In this document: one piece after another, positions 31,885-34,610 of the stretch
Layout: each line of letters begins with the position of its first letter
Numbering within the stretch: position 1 is the first letter of the stretch
Origin: Diploschistes diacapsis
Lineage: Eukaryota
NCBI GenBank assembly: GCA_023645945.1
Contig: JALAIB010000082.1
Span: 1 to 34,610 of the forward strand
Reading direction: 5' to 3'
Length of the DNA stretch: 34,610 nucleotides
The notes under the pieces: model-generated
Seen by the model: the letters and a program-made list of their open reading frames with translations, nothing else
Told to the model about the DNA's origin: nothing
Databases searched by the model: none
Translations under genes and position numbers: made by a program

Positions 31885-34610
31885 TCATATTAATTTATAT
31901 ATAATTATAAGTATTTATAAAACTAGCGCTCTTTCTAATTATATTTATTTATTTAACGATCGCTTACATGTTCTTTTTCTTATTTTTAATTTTATTATTC
32001 TAATTTTTTTTTTAAATATTATAAAGATCTCGTTGTTTACTCGCCCTACTCGCCCTACGCGCTCTGTCGCCCTTCCTGCCGCCGTCGAGGCTACGTTCGA
32101 TATAATCGCCGATAACGATGAACTGGGTCTTAAAGACTTTATATTCTACGACGCCCTTTCCGTCGTTTTAAATCGTGGTATTATTTCCTCGCCCGTCCCG
32201 ACGTCTGTTACTTCACCGTCCCGTAGCTCGTCTACCTTCGTCGTTCTCGTCGAGCTTACGCGGGCCCCGACATCTTTACCGCCGTTATTTGTTACGGGGA
32301 AGCTTTACAGCTTCTTTACGGACTTCTCGGCGTGAAAGGCGCGTTTTTTTATTATCGCGGACATCTTTCGGATAATCGTGACGGATTTTAACGCGTTTTA
32401 ACCTTATATAAATAATTTCTGGACGTCTAATCGGACGTTTAAAAATATTACGTAATATCGTTACCGTTATTAACGAAACGGCGATAATAATACGACATTT
32501 ATTGCGCGTAATATCGATATAAAGAAAAAAAAGATAACGCGCGATCGCGTGGTTTATAATATGATTATCGTAGTCCGTAAAGACGTAAACGACGTAATAA
32601 TCGAACGAATAACGTCGTTTATCGATCATTACGTTAAGTTTTTTAATATTAATAATAATATTAAAAAACCGAATATCTTTAAAACGTTTATTATTTAATA
32701 AATTACGTTAAGTTATAATTTCGAAGATATCTCGCGCGTCCTTCGCGGCGTTAACGATGTCGTTTTTCGAGAAAAGATCGATACCGTTAACGATAAATAT
32801 TTATTTTATTAAGATCTCGTTAATACCGCGGGCGTTTTTAAATAAACGTATTTAAACCGTCGCCGCGTAGACGCGAGGGCGGTTTAAGATTATTAATGAA
32901 AGGAAACTTTCGGCTAACTTTTAAGACGAAAAAGAAAAGATAAGGGTCGCTTTTAAAAGACGGTTATTCTATAAGTAAGTTTTTTTTTTATTATATCTAA
33001 TATTAATTATTTATAGATCTCCGTTCCGCCCGTAATAATAATATTTAAAATTATTATCACGGTAATTATCGTAAGTCTTATTTTTATAAAGATAAGCGGC
33101 TTAGAGCTATTACGCCGCCGCGGGAGGTTTATTTTAATAAATAATATTTACGGTATTAATATATTTAAATAAAAACTGTTTATTTTAATAATACGTAGCG
33201 AGCATGTTATATAAATGTTCGTGAAATATATCTTGTTTTTTTTAAAGGTTTCGAAGATTGTTTCTACTGGCTTTCGTTAGGTAAATCTTTTTCTTCCTCG
33301 CCTGCGTATATTAATTTATATATAAATTCGAGTTTGAACCGGCGTTAATTAACATCTCCGTTAGATGCTAACCGACGATAACGTAATCGAGTAACGTGCC
33401 GTCCGTTCGGCGTTCCTCGCGAAAAAAGAAAGAATAAAGCACTTCCTCTATCGCGTTTATTTATAAAGGACGATCGACAGGAGGTTCTTTTCAAAAAATA
33501 TTAAATTCGGGAGTATACGTCGCCATCTAACGGCGATATTTTATTCGGATCGGACCCGGTAAAAAATAATAAAATCGATAAATATCGCGATACGCGCGGT
33601 ATTTATCGATAAGAATAAAGAATACTTACGAAAAAAATAAAAGAACGGATTGAAATAACGAGTATATTATATTCGTTATTTTATTACTATATTTTTTTAA
33701 ACGCCGAATATTAATCTCGTAAAGAATTAACATAAGGTTCTAAAGCATTAATATGGCCCCGTTATGATCTATTAATCGTTCCGCGGTTTAATCGAGCACG
33801 TCGAGGTTTATACTAGATCGTATAAAGTTAAATTCGGTAAAACGGAACGGAAATAAAACTTCCTTTATTTTATTAAAACGGAACGATAACTTAAGATACG
33901 TTTCTTTTTCTCGCCGGCGTAAAAGCTTTATATTAACGAATTTAAACATAACTTAAAGTTCCGGAAAAAAGAAACGTAATTATCTTAAAATAATAACGCT
34001 TTCCGTTATTATTATTAATTTTAACGATAATAATAGCTTCTTTACCGCTATCTTTAACTCGCCGAACACGTCTTTAAAGACGTGCTCGATTAAGACTATT
34101 AAAAAGAACTCGCCGTTATATATAAACATAACGGTTTCGATATATATAAAGATCTAAAAAAAATATATCTTGTCGTATAAACAAATACGGAAATCGTAAT
34201 CCGATAAAAACGCCGATTATAAATAAATCGTCGCTTTATTTAGAAGTATTTATATATTAATTATATTTAATTTAAGGAAATTCTAGAGGATTTTTAGATT
34301 ACTTTCTACGACTGGGAGGCCGTGGCGGAGAAAGCGCCTTTAAAGGACCGAGATGTTTTTATAAGTAACTTCTTACGCGTTATAAATAAACTCTATGGCC
34401 ACCTACTATTACGACCGGACGTGGAAATGGAAAAAGAACGGAAAGAAGCATAATAAACGGCGGAGGGGAGCATAATAAACGGAAGAAGGGAGCACGGTAT
34501 AAAAGAAGTTATAGAAAGTTTAAGAGCACGTTTTTAAGCTGCTTTTGGAACATTTAAGCATCTTTTAATATTTTAGTATTTATTTTTTCTTGCGATATAA
34601 TCTCTATAGC
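31885..34610 (+). mobile_element. RIP-inactivated Mutator-like (MULE) DNA transposon with relic DDE transposase and SWIM zinc finger; truncated by the right edge
   Basis: Abrupt shift to AT-rich sequence with CA/TG nearly absent and TA abundant. Plus-strand relic motifs: ILINNIYGINIFK*KLFILIIRSEH (inferred LMDSTHxTN..WKLFTLMVRDEH, about 33131), HLR*MLTDDNVIE*RAVRSAF (second Asp, 33371-33379), LYRVY (inferred LCRVH, CxxH, 33446-33460), NINLVKN*H (inferred STNPVESWH, catalytic Glu, about 33707-33733), YY*F*R***LLYRYL (inferred CxCxF....LPCRH SWIM, about 34010-34055). Relic introns at about 32975-33016 and from about 33281. Confidence 0.85.

Noticed and set aside
32285..32629. Minus-strand 114-aa ORF in the AT-rich block, considered as a LINE/LTR gag
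   Set aside because: Ile/Tyr/Lys-rich RIP artefact. The recognisable transposase motifs and introns are on the plus strand.
1..34610. CRISPR array, tRNA/rRNA genes, or a secondary-metabolite backbone gene (PKS/NRPS/terpene cyclase)
   Set aside because: No repeat-spacer array, cloverleaf, rRNA-like sequence or backbone-enzyme motifs were seen. The decarboxylase has no tailoring genes beside it.

Overview
Eukaryotic DNA from a filamentous ascomycete (Pezizomycotina), judged from short GT-AG introns with CTRAC branch sites and a RIP-mutated transposon. Left to right: a PTC7/Azr1 PP2C phosphatase (cut by the left edge), a C2H2 zinc-finger transcription factor, a gene-poor stretch holding a SAM-methyltransferase pseudogene, a low-complexity hypothetical protein, glutamate-cysteine ligase (GSH1) divergent from a DUF427 gene, MIC10, a Mac1/GRISEA-type copper-fist transcription factor divergent from an aromatic-L-amino-acid decarboxylase, zuotin, a small secreted Thr/Cys protein, a Yeh1/2-like steryl-ester hydrolase, and a heavily RIP-degraded Mutator (MULE) transposase with a SWIM finger that runs off the right edge. 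The most notable leads are: (i) an upstream exon that would splice in frame onto the copper-fist factor and add a transmembrane-like segment, with a perfect Mac1-type element inside that intron; (ii) a 148-codon in-frame N-terminal extension on zuotin; (iii) a RIP spectrum that hits CpC/CpT as well as CpA but spares CpG. All gene models were derived by eye and no database searches were run.
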